Part shown: positions 9,378-19,104 of the stretch, piece by piece | Numbering within the stretch: the first letter of the stretch is position 1 | Layout: the number at the start of each line of letters is the position of its first letter | DNA from: an uncultured delta proteobacterium | Lineage (GTDB): Bacteria > Desulfobacterota > Binatia > Binatales > Binataceae | Length of the DNA: 64,000 nucleotides | Direction: 5' to 3' | NCBI GenBank assembly: GCA_963765675.1 | Contig: CAVXXK010000001.1 | Span: forward strand, 2,240,001-2,304,000 | Translations under genes and position numbers: made by a program | Notes under the pieces: model-generated | The model's input: only the letters and a program-made list of their open reading frames with translations | The model's database searches: none | What the model was told of the DNA's origin: nothing

Positions 9378-10304
9378 TTAAGCCCCTTCGCCGCGGCCAG
9401 CAATGGCGTCCACCAGCAGGTGAAGGTAGATGAGGCCGGCGTAGGGATGCCAGCGCGCGAGCAGCGCGCGCACGCTCGCGTGGTCGAGCTTGCGCTTGAT
9501 GCCAAGAAATTTCGCAAGCCCATTCTGTCCGCCGACATCGTCGCCGGGAAAAACATGCACACGGCCCAGACCGCGGAGTAAAACATACTCCGCGGTCCAG
9601 CGCCCGACGCCGCTGAGCGAGCACAGCCGCGCGACCGCCGCGGCGTCATCCAGAGCCTCGAGCGAGGCGAAGTCGCGATCGCGCGGATTCATCGAGGCGC
9701 GCGCGAGATCGATCAGGTAGCTCGCCTTGCGGCGGGAGAGCCCCAACGCTCGCAGTTTATCGGGAGTGCTCCGCACCAGCAGCCGCGGCTCCGGGAACGA
9801 ATGAATCGCGACGCCATCGCAGTCCGCCTCGAGGCCGTATGCTCCGGCGACGCGGTTGAGCACGTGAAGCCCCGCGGTCAGCGATAGCAGTTGGCAGCTG
9901 ATCGCGTTACCGAAAGCTTCGAAGATACTCGGGAAGCGGGGCGGCTTCATTCCGCTGAGGCGCGAGACGATAGACGCCAGAACCGGATCGCGTTCGGCCA
10001 TTCGGTAGAACGGCGCGAGGTCGCGTTCGAGGCCGAGGGTTCTCGTCACGATCGATTCGATCTGCGCGCAGGCCGCGCGCGTCGCCCCTGTGCCGGTCGC
10101 GGTTATCTCGATCTCGGGCCGCGCGCCCGCGCGAAGCTGGCGCACCGCGAGCGCGGCCGGCTTGCCGTCAATCGCGAGGACGCGGCGCCATACGCCGGCG
10201 TCGAAGCGATCGACCGCGTTGTGTGGACGCCGCCTGAGCGCCCACACGGTATGGTCGAGGCGAAACGGCGCTCGCGCGCGGAGGCTGAATTCGAGTCGGG
10301 CCAT
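9378..10304 (-). CDS. alkA: DNA-3-methyladenine glycosylase II (AlkA family)
   Basis: HhH-GPD motif LSGVGRWTAEY...FPGDD; W.PY C-terminal motif. Confidence 0.85.
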   Translation of the reverse strand: MARLEFSLRARAPFRLDHTVWALRRRPHNAVDRFDAGVWRRVLAIDGKPAALAVRQLRAGARPEIEITATGTGATRAACAQIESIVTRTLGLERDLAPFYRMAERDPVLASIVSRLSGMKPPRFPSIFEAFGNAISCQLLSLTAGLHVLNRVAGAYGLEADCDGVAIHSFPEPRLLVRSTPDKLRALGLSRRKASYLIDLARASMNPRDRDFASLEALDDAAAVARLCSLSGVGRWTAEYVLLRGLGRVHVFPGDDVGGQNGLAKFLGIKRKLDHASVRALLARWHPYAGLIYLHLLVDAIAGRGEGA

Positions 10305-10316
10305 AGGTGCTCGAGG

Positions 10317-11333
10317 CTATTTGTCGTCGATTTCCGAGCGGCTTTCGATCGCGCGCACGCGCCGAAACAGCTCCGGCAGCCGCCACCATAGGGCAGCGTA
10401 GCGCCGGAAGTATTTCAAATCGGCGAACGGAGTTCCGCCCACCATCGCGTCGTTGGCGATCTCGCCGTGCAGACCAGATTGTCCGGCCGCCATTACGCGG
10501 TCGCCGATCTTCGCGTGATCGGCGCATCCGACTTGTCCGCCGAACTGGCACCATTTGCCGATCGTGGTCGAGCCGGCGATTCCGACGTGCGCGGCGAAGC
10601 GCGAGTACTCGCCGATTTCGCAGTTGTGCCCGATATGCACCTGGTCGTCGAGCTTGACCCCGCGATGCAGGATCGTCGCACCGAGGGTTGCGCGATCGAC
10701 GGTGGACTTCGCGCCGATTTCGACTTCGTCTTCCAGCACCACGATTCCGACCTGCGGAATCTTGACCAGGCCGCCGGCGTTCTCGACGAAGCCGAAGCCG
10801 TCGGCGCCGATCACCGCGCCGTCGAGGAGCGTCACGCGATTTCCGATCGAGCATCCTTCGCGCACGATAACGTGGCTGTGCGCGGTAAAGTCGTCGCCGA
10901 TACGGACGTTCGGATAGATGACGGCGTGTGGATGCAGCACGGCGCGCGCGCCGATCGTGACGCCGGCGCCGACCACTGCGAATGCGCCGATTGACGCGTC
11001 GGCGCCGATCCGCGCGTCGGGCGCGATTTTCGCCGTCGGGTCGATTCCCGGCGCGGGCCGATAAGGCGGAAAAAAGATTTCGATCACGCGCGCGAAATCG
11101 GCGTACGGATTCGCGCTGATCAGAACAGCACATTTCGCGTTCTCGGCGAACTCTGGCGCGACGATCGCTGCCGCCGCGCTGGTGCCCGCGAGGATCGGCG
11201 CGTACTTCGCGCTCGCGACGAAGATGATCATGCCCGGCGCGGCCGCCTCGATCGGCGCGGGCGCGAAGACCTCGACAGTGCCGTCGCCGCGGAGTTCAAG
11301 ACCCAGCTTCTGGGCGAGTTCGCTCAGTTTCAT
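10317..11333 (-). CDS. lpxD: UDP-3-O-acyl-glucosamine N-acyltransferase
   Basis: MKLSELA start, hexapeptide repeats, IGADGFGF, KIPQVG, VDRAT, KLDDQVHIGHN. Confidence 0.95.
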   Translation of the reverse strand: MKLSELAQKLGLELRGDGTVEVFAPAPIEAAAPGMIIFVASAKYAPILAGTSAAAAIVAPEFAENAKCAVLISANPYADFARVIEIFFPPYRPAPGIDPTAKIAPDARIGADASIGAFAVVGAGVTIGARAVLHPHAVIYPNVRIGDDFTAHSHVIVREGCSIGNRVTLLDGAVIGADGFGFVENAGGLVKIPQVGIVVLEDEVEIGAKSTVDRATLGATILHRGVKLDDQVHIGHNCEIGEYSRFAAHVGIAGSTTIGKWCQFGGQVGCADHAKIGDRVMAAGQSGLHGEIANDAMVGGTPFADLKYFRRYAALWWRLPELFRRVRAIESRSEIDDK

Positions 11334-11337
11334 TTTC

Positions 11338-12462
11338 TCACCGATGATCGAGAGTATTAGAAAGCGCCACGCCGCCCAACTCCGCGAGAGCGTTCGCGAC
11401 TTCCTCCGGGGCGATGTCGACCAGGCAGTTGTAATGGCCAAAGCGGCAGGTGCGCGCCAAGCACGGGCTGCATTCGAGATGACGCCAAATCACGCGCGCA
11501 CTCGAGCCCATCGGTCCGGTGCGAACCGGATTGGTCGATCCGAAAATTCCAACGGTCGGCCGTCCGAGCGCCGCCGCGACGTGCATCGCGCCGGAGTCGT
11601 TGCCGATAAATCCGTCCGCGATCGCAAGGAGCGCGAGCAGCTCGCCGATATTGGTTTCGCCCGCCGCGACGATCGCGCCGCTACGCGAAGCCGCCGCGAT
11701 TTCGGCGCATCGCGCGCGCTCGCCCGGCGCGCCGACCATCAGGGATTCGGCGCCATAGCGCTCGGCGAGCAGATCGATCAGGCGCGCGTAGTGATTCGCG
11801 GGCCATTCCTTGGCCGGACCGAATGCCGCTCCAGGAGCGAGCGCGACCAGCCGCGCATCAGCGCGTTTGCGCCGCGCTGCGAGCCACGCCCGCATTTTTT
11901 CGAGATGCGGCGGAGACGCCTCGATCGCGAAGTCATCCGCGTCGCCGGATGCTCCGATACTCGCACGAACCATTTCGAGCCAGTAGTGTGCCTGATGCGC
12001 TCCCATCGCGAGCGGGGTCGGCCGCGCGCGTATCGTCAGCATCGCGCTACGCGAATCGGCGGCGTATCCTGCGCGACGCGGCACTCGCGCGAGGGTAGTC
12101 CACAAAGCGGATTCAAAGCTGTTTGGAAACAGAACCGCCAGATCGAAATCGCGCTTGCGAATTTCGCCGACGATCCGCAGCCGGTCGCCGAGCCCGCGCG
12201 TCCCGCGCGCGACTGAATACGCAATCACTTCGTCGAGCCATCGGGCGCCGTCAAAGAAGCCTGCCAGCTCGCGCTTGATGAGGATCGCAAGATGCGCGTC
12301 GGGCCACGTGCGCCTGATCGCGCGTAGCGCCGGCAGGCTCATCACCACGTCGCCCAGCCAATTGACTTCCTTGACCATGATCCGCCGCGGCGCCGGAGCG
12401 ATCGGGGCCTCACGATCGGCCGACGGCGAAATCACGGAGATAGAATTGGATACTTCGGCCAT
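11338..12462 (-). CDS. waaF: LPS heptosyltransferase II (GT9)
   Basis: NWLGDVVM, PGAAFGPAKEWP, NDSGAMHVAAA, CSPC...C motifs; start approximate. Confidence 0.9.
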   Translation of the reverse strand: MAEVSNSISVISPSADREAPIAPAPRRIMVKEVNWLGDVVMSLPALRAIRRTWPDAHLAILIKRELAGFFDGARWLDEVIAYSVARGTRGLGDRLRIVGEIRKRDFDLAVLFPNSFESALWTTLARVPRRAGYAADSRSAMLTIRARPTPLAMGAHQAHYWLEMVRASIGASGDADDFAIEASPPHLEKMRAWLAARRKRADARLVALAPGAAFGPAKEWPANHYARLIDLLAERYGAESLMVGAPGERARCAEIAAASRSGAIVAAGETNIGELLALLAIADGFIGNDSGAMHVAAALGRPTVGIFGSTNPVRTGPMGSSARVIWRHLECSPCLARTCRFGHYNCLVDIAPEEVANALAELGGVALSNTLDHR

Positions 12463-12609
12463 CGATACTGCCGCGATTCCATCATGGCGGCCGGTCCAAT
12501 GGAATCCAGCGACCGGGTTGTGGATGGCCACAAATTCGTCGCTTCCGGTACAACTCCCATCGTACTAATATCCGCCGAGGGGGATCTTTCGCACGCGTCG
12601 CGATCAAAA

Positions 12610-14200
12610 ATGATGCGAGATCCACAAAAGATTCGCGTGATCAGGTCTGCTTCGATCGTGGTCATCGTCGTAGCGCTGGCCGCGATGTTCTTTGTGCGAG
12701 ATCACAATCGTTCCGCGCCGATGCCGAGTCGCGCATCGGCACCCTCTGTGGTCACGTATGAATCCCATGGCCTTCCGGCATTGCCAGAAGAGGCGCCTGC
12801 TACCCTGATAAATCTTCCGAGCTCCGTTCAGGCGGAGCGGGCCGTGGAATCCGACAGCTACAATGCCGCCGTCGTCGCGATTCCGATCTATACCCCGGCG
12901 CGAACCTCAATCAGTCCAATGATCCTTAGCCCGCAGCAACTCGCGGCCGATCTCGCAGCATTTAGTGCGGTCGGAAGCCCAGGCCCAGTGGCTCCCGCAT
13001 CCGGCTCTGGAGTTGCGGCAGGAGCGGCGCTCGCGTCGGCTGCGAACTCGAATCCTGCGGGACTCCAATTACGCACGCCCTCCGGTCCGGCGCCGATGGG
13101 CGCGCACAGAACCGCCGCGGCGGGGCACTCAGGATGGGTGCTGATCGCGGGCGGACAGAGCGGAGGCAAGATTGCGCTGAGCAAGGCCGAGTTGTTTGAT
13201 CCGAACCAGATGGATTTCGTCGCGACCGGTGCGATGCACTCGCCGCGCGCGCATTTTGTGGCGGCGGACTTAAGCGCGGGTCAGACCCTGGTCGCGGGCG
13301 GCGACGACGCGCAGGGGCATGCGATTGCCGAGCGCCGAGTTGTACGATCCGGTTACGGGGATATTTTCCTCGACCGGTGCGATGACGGTGGCCCGCGCCG
13401 GGCACACCGCCACGACGATCTCTGGATGCGGATGTCCGGCGGACGGGAAAATTCTGATTGCGGGTGGACGTTCCACCGACCCAGCCGCGCCTCTCGCCAG
13501 CGCCGAGCTTTACGATCCCACAACCGGCTCCTTCACAGCGACCGGCGCGATGAACCAGGCGCGCGCGTGGCAGACGGCTTCGCTTATCGGATCGGGTACG
13601 CTGGCCGGCGACATCCTGATCGCGGGTGGAGTGGGCGCCAAGGCGGTCGCGCTCGCGTCGGCGGAGATTTACGATCCGCGCACGGGGGTTTTCACCGCGA
13701 CGTCGCCGATGTCCACGGCGCGTGCGTACCAGACCGCGACCTGGCTCGATCCGTCAGTCGTCACCGGGGAGTTCGCCGGACAGATCCTGGTTGCGGGCGG
13801 ATTGACCGAGGACGGCATCAGCGATACTGCCGAAATCTTCGATCCCGCGGGAGAGACCTTCATTCCCGCCGGGACGATGATGGCCGCGCGCGCATACCAG
13901 GCCGCGGTGCTGATGCCCAACGGGGAAGTATTAATCGCCGGAGGGCAGAGCGTCGCCGACGCGTCACTTGCGACCGCGGAGACATTTGATCCGGCCAAAG
14001 GGGCATTCTCGGCGACTGCGCCGATGCGAAGCGTGCACGTCGGCGGGGTTGCCTCGATTCTTCCTGACTCAAGCGTGCTGATCGCGGGCGGACACTCGGA
14101 CAACGCCGAGGTTTACAGTCCCGCCACCGGACAGTTCACGCTCACCGCGGCGATGCCGGTCGACGTAGCATACGCGGCCGGCGCAGTTGTGGGGCAATAG
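12610..14200 (+). pseudogene. Membrane-anchored Kelch-repeat protein split by a +1 frameshift at ~13324-13330
   Basis: Kelch repeats (VLIAGG...AELFDP) run in frame 1 to GHAIA, then continue in frame 2 (SAELYDP...); removing 1 nt gives one ~529 aa ORF. Confidence 0.75.
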
Positions 14201-14207
14201 CGCATGG

Positions 14208-14792
14208 ATGAATCCTGATGAGATGATCGCCGCGGCGTGCGCGCTGGTCGCGCAGCGCAGGGCGAGCCGAGAGCGCGTGTTCGTGGCGATTGACGGATGC
14301 GGCGGCGCGGGAAAATCCACGCTCGCGCGCGGCATTCAGAATTCCATGCCGAACGTCAGTATTGTCCGCACCGATGATTTTTTCCGTCCGCTGCGTCAAC
14401 TCTCAGACACAGCACTCGCGCCCTCCAGGGCATACGAACTCTATTTCTCGTGGGAGCGAATGCGCGACGAGGCGCTCGCGCCGCTGCGCCAGGGCAGGAC
14501 GGTGAGATATCAACGACATGACTGGACGCGCGACGCGCTCGGAGAATGGGTGAGCGTCGAGCCGAACCCAATCGTGATCGTCGAGGGCGTATATTCGAGT
14601 CGTCCCGAACTTCGCGAGCTGCTCGACGCGATCATTTTCATCGACGCCCCACGCGACGTGCGCCGCCGCCGGATGCTCGCGCGAGGTCCTGACAACAGCG
14701 ACTGGATGATACCCTGGATGGCGGCCGAGGACTGGTACCTGGAACACGTCCGGCCGCAGGAATCCGCCGATCTGATTCTCACAAACGAGTAG
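14208..14792 (+). CDS. Uridine/nucleoside kinase-like P-loop protein
   Basis: VAIDGCGGAGKSTLA Walker A, TDDFF, IVEGVYS. Confidence 0.8.
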   Translation: MNPDEMIAAACALVAQRRASRERVFVAIDGCGGAGKSTLARGIQNSMPNVSIVRTDDFFRPLRQLSDTALAPSRAYELYFSWERMRDEALAPLRQGRTVRYQRHDWTRDALGEWVSVEPNPIVIVEGVYSSRPELRELLDAIIFIDAPRDVRRRRMLARGPDNSDWMIPWMAAEDWYLEHVRPQESADLILTNE

Positions 14793-14800
14793 CTCGAGAC

Positions 14801-15322
14801 TCACTTTTTCAGCGCGGCGATTACCTGATCCACGATCGCGTCGGCTTTGGCGCGCATCTCTTCGTCGGTCGCGTCCTGGATCGGATGCGGAACGAACACG
14901 CGCCGGACTTCCGGCAATCCCAGCGCCGCGGCCTGCTTTTCCGCCGCGTCGATAAATACGTCCGACGCGATCATCACCGACGGCTTGCGATTAGTCTCGA
15001 ACCATACTGAATCGTGCACACTGCACGTTGTGCATGACCCTCAATCGGCAAGCGCTTCGATAACGAAGTCGCTCTCCTCGGCGATCTGGCGGCGCAATGT
15101 GTCCGGCGCCGGCTTGGTGAAGGTGGGTTTGCGGAAGCGCTTGATCTCGACTCCCGGAAGACGGTCCTCGAGTTGTTCGGCGAGGCGCTGGATCAGCACG
15201 TCGCCGCGCGGCTTGGCAATATCGAGCAGCGCTACGCGGCCGGCAATGTCGCTGCTGCGCGTCGCGAGCGTGCGCCGTAGCGGCACGCGCTCATCAGTCG
15301 GATCGACGATTACCTGTCGCAT
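14801..15322 (-). CDS. UGSC-motif selenoprotein (Sec at codon 94, TGA 15041-15043)
   Basis: ORFs 15041..15322 and 14801..15019 are in frame: ...EALAD-U-GSCTTCSVHD...; hairpin immediately 3' of the UGA. Confidence 0.88.
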
Positions 15323-15347
15323 CGTATTTTCTCCTTGCCCCTGATCC

Positions 15348-16949
15348 TTACAGAACCTCTTCGATTTTGCGGCTCACGCTCGACGATCCCATCGGTCCGG
15401 AAACCCATCCTGCGAACACCGCCGAGAATTTTCCGGCCTCGCCGCCCGCAACGATCATATTAATATACTCCGGACGGCGGAACTTCGGAATTTTCGCCTC
15501 GAGCTGCTCGGGTGTCGGGTTCACCAACCCCAGCGCACGCGGGGACACGCCCTCGGCGCTATCTGCGTCGGGAAGGAGCTCGCGAATCGGCCGCGAAGTC
15601 ACTTCCTGGATGCGCGCGCGCACCTGATCCTTGCTCCATTTCTCGCGCGCGATCGTGTCGGCGTGCTCGGGGCATACCACCAGCAGAACCTCGCCCGCGC
15701 CGTGCTGTTTCGGATGCCAGCAGGCTTCGAGTCCCATTCCGAGCGACCCGACCAGAGCGCGCGCGGTGCGCGAAACCTGGTCCGCAATCTGGCGCGAGCC
15801 GGCTTCGAGCCCGAACACCGTCACCACACTGTCTTCGCGCGCGAAGCCGCGCTCGACGTGCAGGGGTTCCCACGGGCTGCGTTCTTCCCACTCGGCGAAG
15901 CAGGTGGTGAACTTGCCGATCGCGCCCATCGTCGAGCGCTCGATATCACCCGGCCGCGCGCCGCCCAGGTTGCGCAGCACCAGTTTAAGTGCGCGTCCGA
16001 TGGTAGCGTTGGCGCGGGTACCGTAGCCCAGCGCCATCATCGCCATGTTCATGCCGATTCGTTTGCGAATCGGACCGCTCACCACGATCACCGGGGTCGC
16101 GCCCCACGTCGTCGCCATCACGCCATGAATATTGAACTGGTCGGTGCAAACCGCTTCCAGAGCTGCCGTCACGACCGGCAGATACTCGGGACGGCATCCC
16201 GCCATCACGGCGTTGACGGCGATTTTCTCGATCGTTACCGGCGCGAGGTTCGGCGGCGCGATCGCGACCACCTCGCGCGGGTCGCGCCGCGTCCCGGTCA
16301 GCATCCACGCGACGCGTTCGGGGGTCGGCGGCACGACCGGCAGTCCGTCGGTCAATCCGCGCTCGAACATGAATTCGAAGACATCCTCGCCTTCGCCGAG
16401 TTCAATCTGCCGTGCCTGCATCCTCTCGCCGCGCGCCTCGGCCGCGAGACGTTCGGCGATTCCAGGTTCGACTGATCTCGAGCCGCATCCGGCGCGCAGT
16501 TTGGGGATCGTCTCCCAATCCATTTCCGGAGCGGGCTCTCCGGTGAGTTCCGCGAGCTTGGCCGCGAGCGTCTTCCAGTCGTCGCGCGCGAGACCGACGG
16601 ATTCAGAAATAAGAGCGCCGCCGCCGTCGGCCATGATGATGGTCGGCACGGTATCGAGGTCGTAGGCGAATGAAACCGCGAGCGCCGAGTCGTCGAGCAT
16701 CGGGCACGAAAGGGCGAAACGTTCGGCCAGCGCGCGATTTCCCGCAGCCTCTTGCCCGATCGCGAAAATATCGGCCTTCGCGCCAAAAGCGCGATGCATC
16801 TTCTCGATAATCGGAATCGTCGCGACGCAGGTCGGGCAGTCTTCCTTGACGAAGCACAGCAGAGCGGGGCGTCCGGTGGGAAAAGCGCGCTCAGCGCCGT
16901 CGAGCGCGACGAGTTTGAAAGCCGGAATTTTTTCGCCGATCTCAAACAT
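15348..16949 (-). CDS. Thioredoxin-like (CPTC) domain fused to TDGLPVVPPT domain (UGSC-associated protein)
   Basis: N-terminal redoxin fold CFVKEDCPTC, GCGS linker, TDGLPVVPPT...NAVMAGC...RANATIGRA domain; directly upstream of the UGSC gene. Confidence 0.8.
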   Translation of the reverse strand: MFEIGEKIPAFKLVALDGAERAFPTGRPALLCFVKEDCPTCVATIPIIEKMHRAFGAKADIFAIGQEAAGNRALAERFALSCPMLDDSALAVSFAYDLDTVPTIIMADGGGALISESVGLARDDWKTLAAKLAELTGEPAPEMDWETIPKLRAGCGSRSVEPGIAERLAAEARGERMQARQIELGEGEDVFEFMFERGLTDGLPVVPPTPERVAWMLTGTRRDPREVVAIAPPNLAPVTIEKIAVNAVMAGCRPEYLPVVTAALEAVCTDQFNIHGVMATTWGATPVIVVSGPIRKRIGMNMAMMALGYGTRANATIGRALKLVLRNLGGARPGDIERSTMGAIGKFTTCFAEWEERSPWEPLHVERGFAREDSVVTVFGLEAGSRQIADQVSRTARALVGSLGMGLEACWHPKQHGAGEVLLVVCPEHADTIAREKWSKDQVRARIQEVTSRPIRELLPDADSAEGVSPRALGLVNPTPEQLEAKIPKFRRPEYINMIVAGGEAGKFSAVFAGWVSGPMGSSSVSRKIEEVL

Positions 16950-17013
16950 CAAAGCTATGCCAAGGACACAATGCTCCCGAGACGCCCCGCGCGTCGAGCG
17001 GGCGCGATTCGAT

Positions 17014-18312
17014 TCAATTGGCGGCGGAGACGGGTGCCGCGGGCGTATCCGATCGCTCGAAGCGATGGCGCGAGGGTGAATAGAACGAGACCGACGAGGT
17101 TACTTTGCCGTTCTGGTCGAATCCGCCGGCGATCATGACGTCGCCGTCAGGCAGCAGCGTAGCGGAGTTCAATAGCCGGCCGACGTGGAGTGGGCCCACG
17201 CTTTGGTATTCGCCCGGCGTTCCCGGAGTAAATTCTTCGGCGTCCATCATTCCAACGATCACGTTGCCCTGGATGCGCCATCCTCCGACCACCAGCACGT
17301 TGCCGTTTCCGAGCAGCGTCGCGGTAGCAAGGTAGTGTGGCACGCGCATCGGCGCGGCGGGAAGGAAGGTCAAGGTTTCAGGATCGAAAAATTCCGAGGT
17401 GTCGAGCGGGGTGAAGGAGGCGATGTTTCGCGCGCCCGGTCCGTACAGGACCTTGCCGCTCTTGCCGCCGATGATCAGCGCCTTGCCGGTGTCGAGCAGC
17501 ACCGCGGCGGCGCCGACGCGATCGCTGCGCATGCGATCCGCGATAGCGGTGAAGCGTCCGGTCGTGGGATCAAATATCTCTGCGTTCTGATACGAGATAT
17601 AGCCGCCCGGCATACCGCCGCGTCCCCCGCCCGCGATCAGAACCTTGCCGCTTCCAAGCAACACCGCGACGTGCGCCTCGCGCGGGACAGTCATATGCCC
17701 GGCGGACAACCATCGGCCGGCAGATGGATCGTAAATCTCCGCGCTGTCGATCGTGACCGTCCCGTTGCTGCTGCCGCCGGTGACGAGCACCCGGCCGTCG
17801 CGCAGGAGCGTGGCGGTATGGCCCTCGCGCGCGACCGACATCGGGGCGGTACTGGTAAACGCTCCGCTTGAGGGATCATAGAGCTCGGCGCTCGAGAGTG
17901 CGGTGCGAAAGCCTATATTCCGCTGGCCGCCGACGATCAGCACCTTTCCGCTTTGCAGAACGGTTGCGGTCTGGCCCATCCGCGCGACACTCATCGATCC
18001 GGTCGCCGAGAAAGTCTGCGTTGCGGGATCGAAAATCTCTGCGGAAGAGAGGACGCCGCCGACATTTCCGTTAACAGTGCCTCCGCAAATCAGGACCCGT
18101 CCATCCGTCAGCTCCGCGGCCGCATGGTTAGCGCGCGGCGATGTCATCGCGAGCTCCTGCACCTGATCGCCGAGCGAATTGGTGAACACCACCGGCTGCT
18201 CCGTGATCGGCTCGGTGCATCCTGCGAGCATCGCGAGCGCGGCGAGCGCGAATATTGCGGCTGCGCCGCGCGCAAGAATCATCTTGGCGAGATCTATCCT
18301 GGATACGCGCAT
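17014..18312 (-). CDS. Kelch-repeat (beta-propeller) lipoprotein
   Basis: Lipobox LAMLAG|C; about 7 repeats of R..HTATLL.DG.VL..GG...SAE.YDP. Confidence 0.88.
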   Translation of the reverse strand: MRVSRIDLAKMILARGAAAIFALAALAMLAGCTEPITEQPVVFTNSLGDQVQELAMTSPRANHAAAELTDGRVLICGGTVNGNVGGVLSSAEIFDPATQTFSATGSMSVARMGQTATVLQSGKVLIVGGQRNIGFRTALSSAELYDPSSGAFTSTAPMSVAREGHTATLLRDGRVLVTGGSSNGTVTIDSAEIYDPSAGRWLSAGHMTVPREAHVAVLLGSGKVLIAGGGRGGMPGGYISYQNAEIFDPTTGRFTAIADRMRSDRVGAAAVLLDTGKALIIGGKSGKVLYGPGARNIASFTPLDTSEFFDPETLTFLPAAPMRVPHYLATATLLGNGNVLVVGGWRIQGNVIVGMMDAEEFTPGTPGEYQSVGPLHVGRLLNSATLLPDGDVMIAGGFDQNGKVTSSVSFYSPSRHRFERSDTPAAPVSAAN

Positions 18313-18346
18313 AAGAATCGGAATCCTTTTCTCTACGACGGTTGAG

Positions 18347-18925
18347 CTAGCGCGATTTGAAGCCCCGTGCGAGCGTGTTCATCGCAGCCCGCAGGAACAT
18401 CGCGCCCGGCCAGATTGTATGCTTGCGAACTTCGCCGGAGACCGGGCGGCTCGCGGCAAGATCGATTACCGCCGCTGCGACTCCCGACGGCACTGCGCGG
18501 CTCGCGTGGCTTTCCGCCACGCTCCAGCGCACGCGCAGCTCGCGATCGATGATGAACGACGCGGGGAATGCGATATCGCCCTCGCTATGATTGACGAGAC
18601 CCCACGCGGTGATTGCCTTGCGCTCGGTATCGCACAGAACGTGGAAGGGCAAATTGAGGTCGCGTTTCATTCCGGACGCCTGGTCGATCCGATCCACGGA
18701 AATCGCGGCGAGGTCAGCGCCAACCGCACGGATTTTTTCATACTCGCGCGCATAATCCGCCAACTGGCGAAGGCAGAACGGTCACCAATGCCCTCGGTAG
18801 AAAACCACCACGCAAAATCCGCCCGCCGCGAGCTCACCGAGCCGGCGCGATCTTCCGTCGGTGTCGGGAAGTGCGATATCGGGAACCGTCTCGCCCATCG
18901 CAGGCGGATGCTGCTGCTCGTCCAT
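18347..18925 (-). CDS. AhpC/TSA (peroxiredoxin-like) selenoprotein, Sec at codon 48 (TGA 18782-18784)
   Basis: Manual translation from ATG 18925: ...PDIALPDTDG...VVVFYRGHW-U-PFCLRQLADY...AISVD...FPASFIID; SECIS-like hairpin UUCGCC-AGUU-GGCGGA. Confidence 0.9.
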
Positions 18926-19104
18926 CGCGCGATTCTATCGGCCACGCGCAACTCTGTCATTATCCAATCTGGCGGATCCGGGGCCTCCAAGCGGACGGGA
19001 TTTGCCGATTGAAGTCGTCGTTCTACCTGCCCCTGGGGCTCGTATCGGCGAGCGGTTTCCCGTCCCAATCCTCGAACCGCTCCTCGATCGTCAAGCCGGT
19101 GGGT

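Noticed and set aside
14801-18925. Alternative explanation: genome-wide UGA reassignment (Trp/Gly)
   Set aside because: UGA terminates nusG, rplK, rpoC, panB and others at their expected ends; read-through is seen only at Cys-equivalent redox positions.
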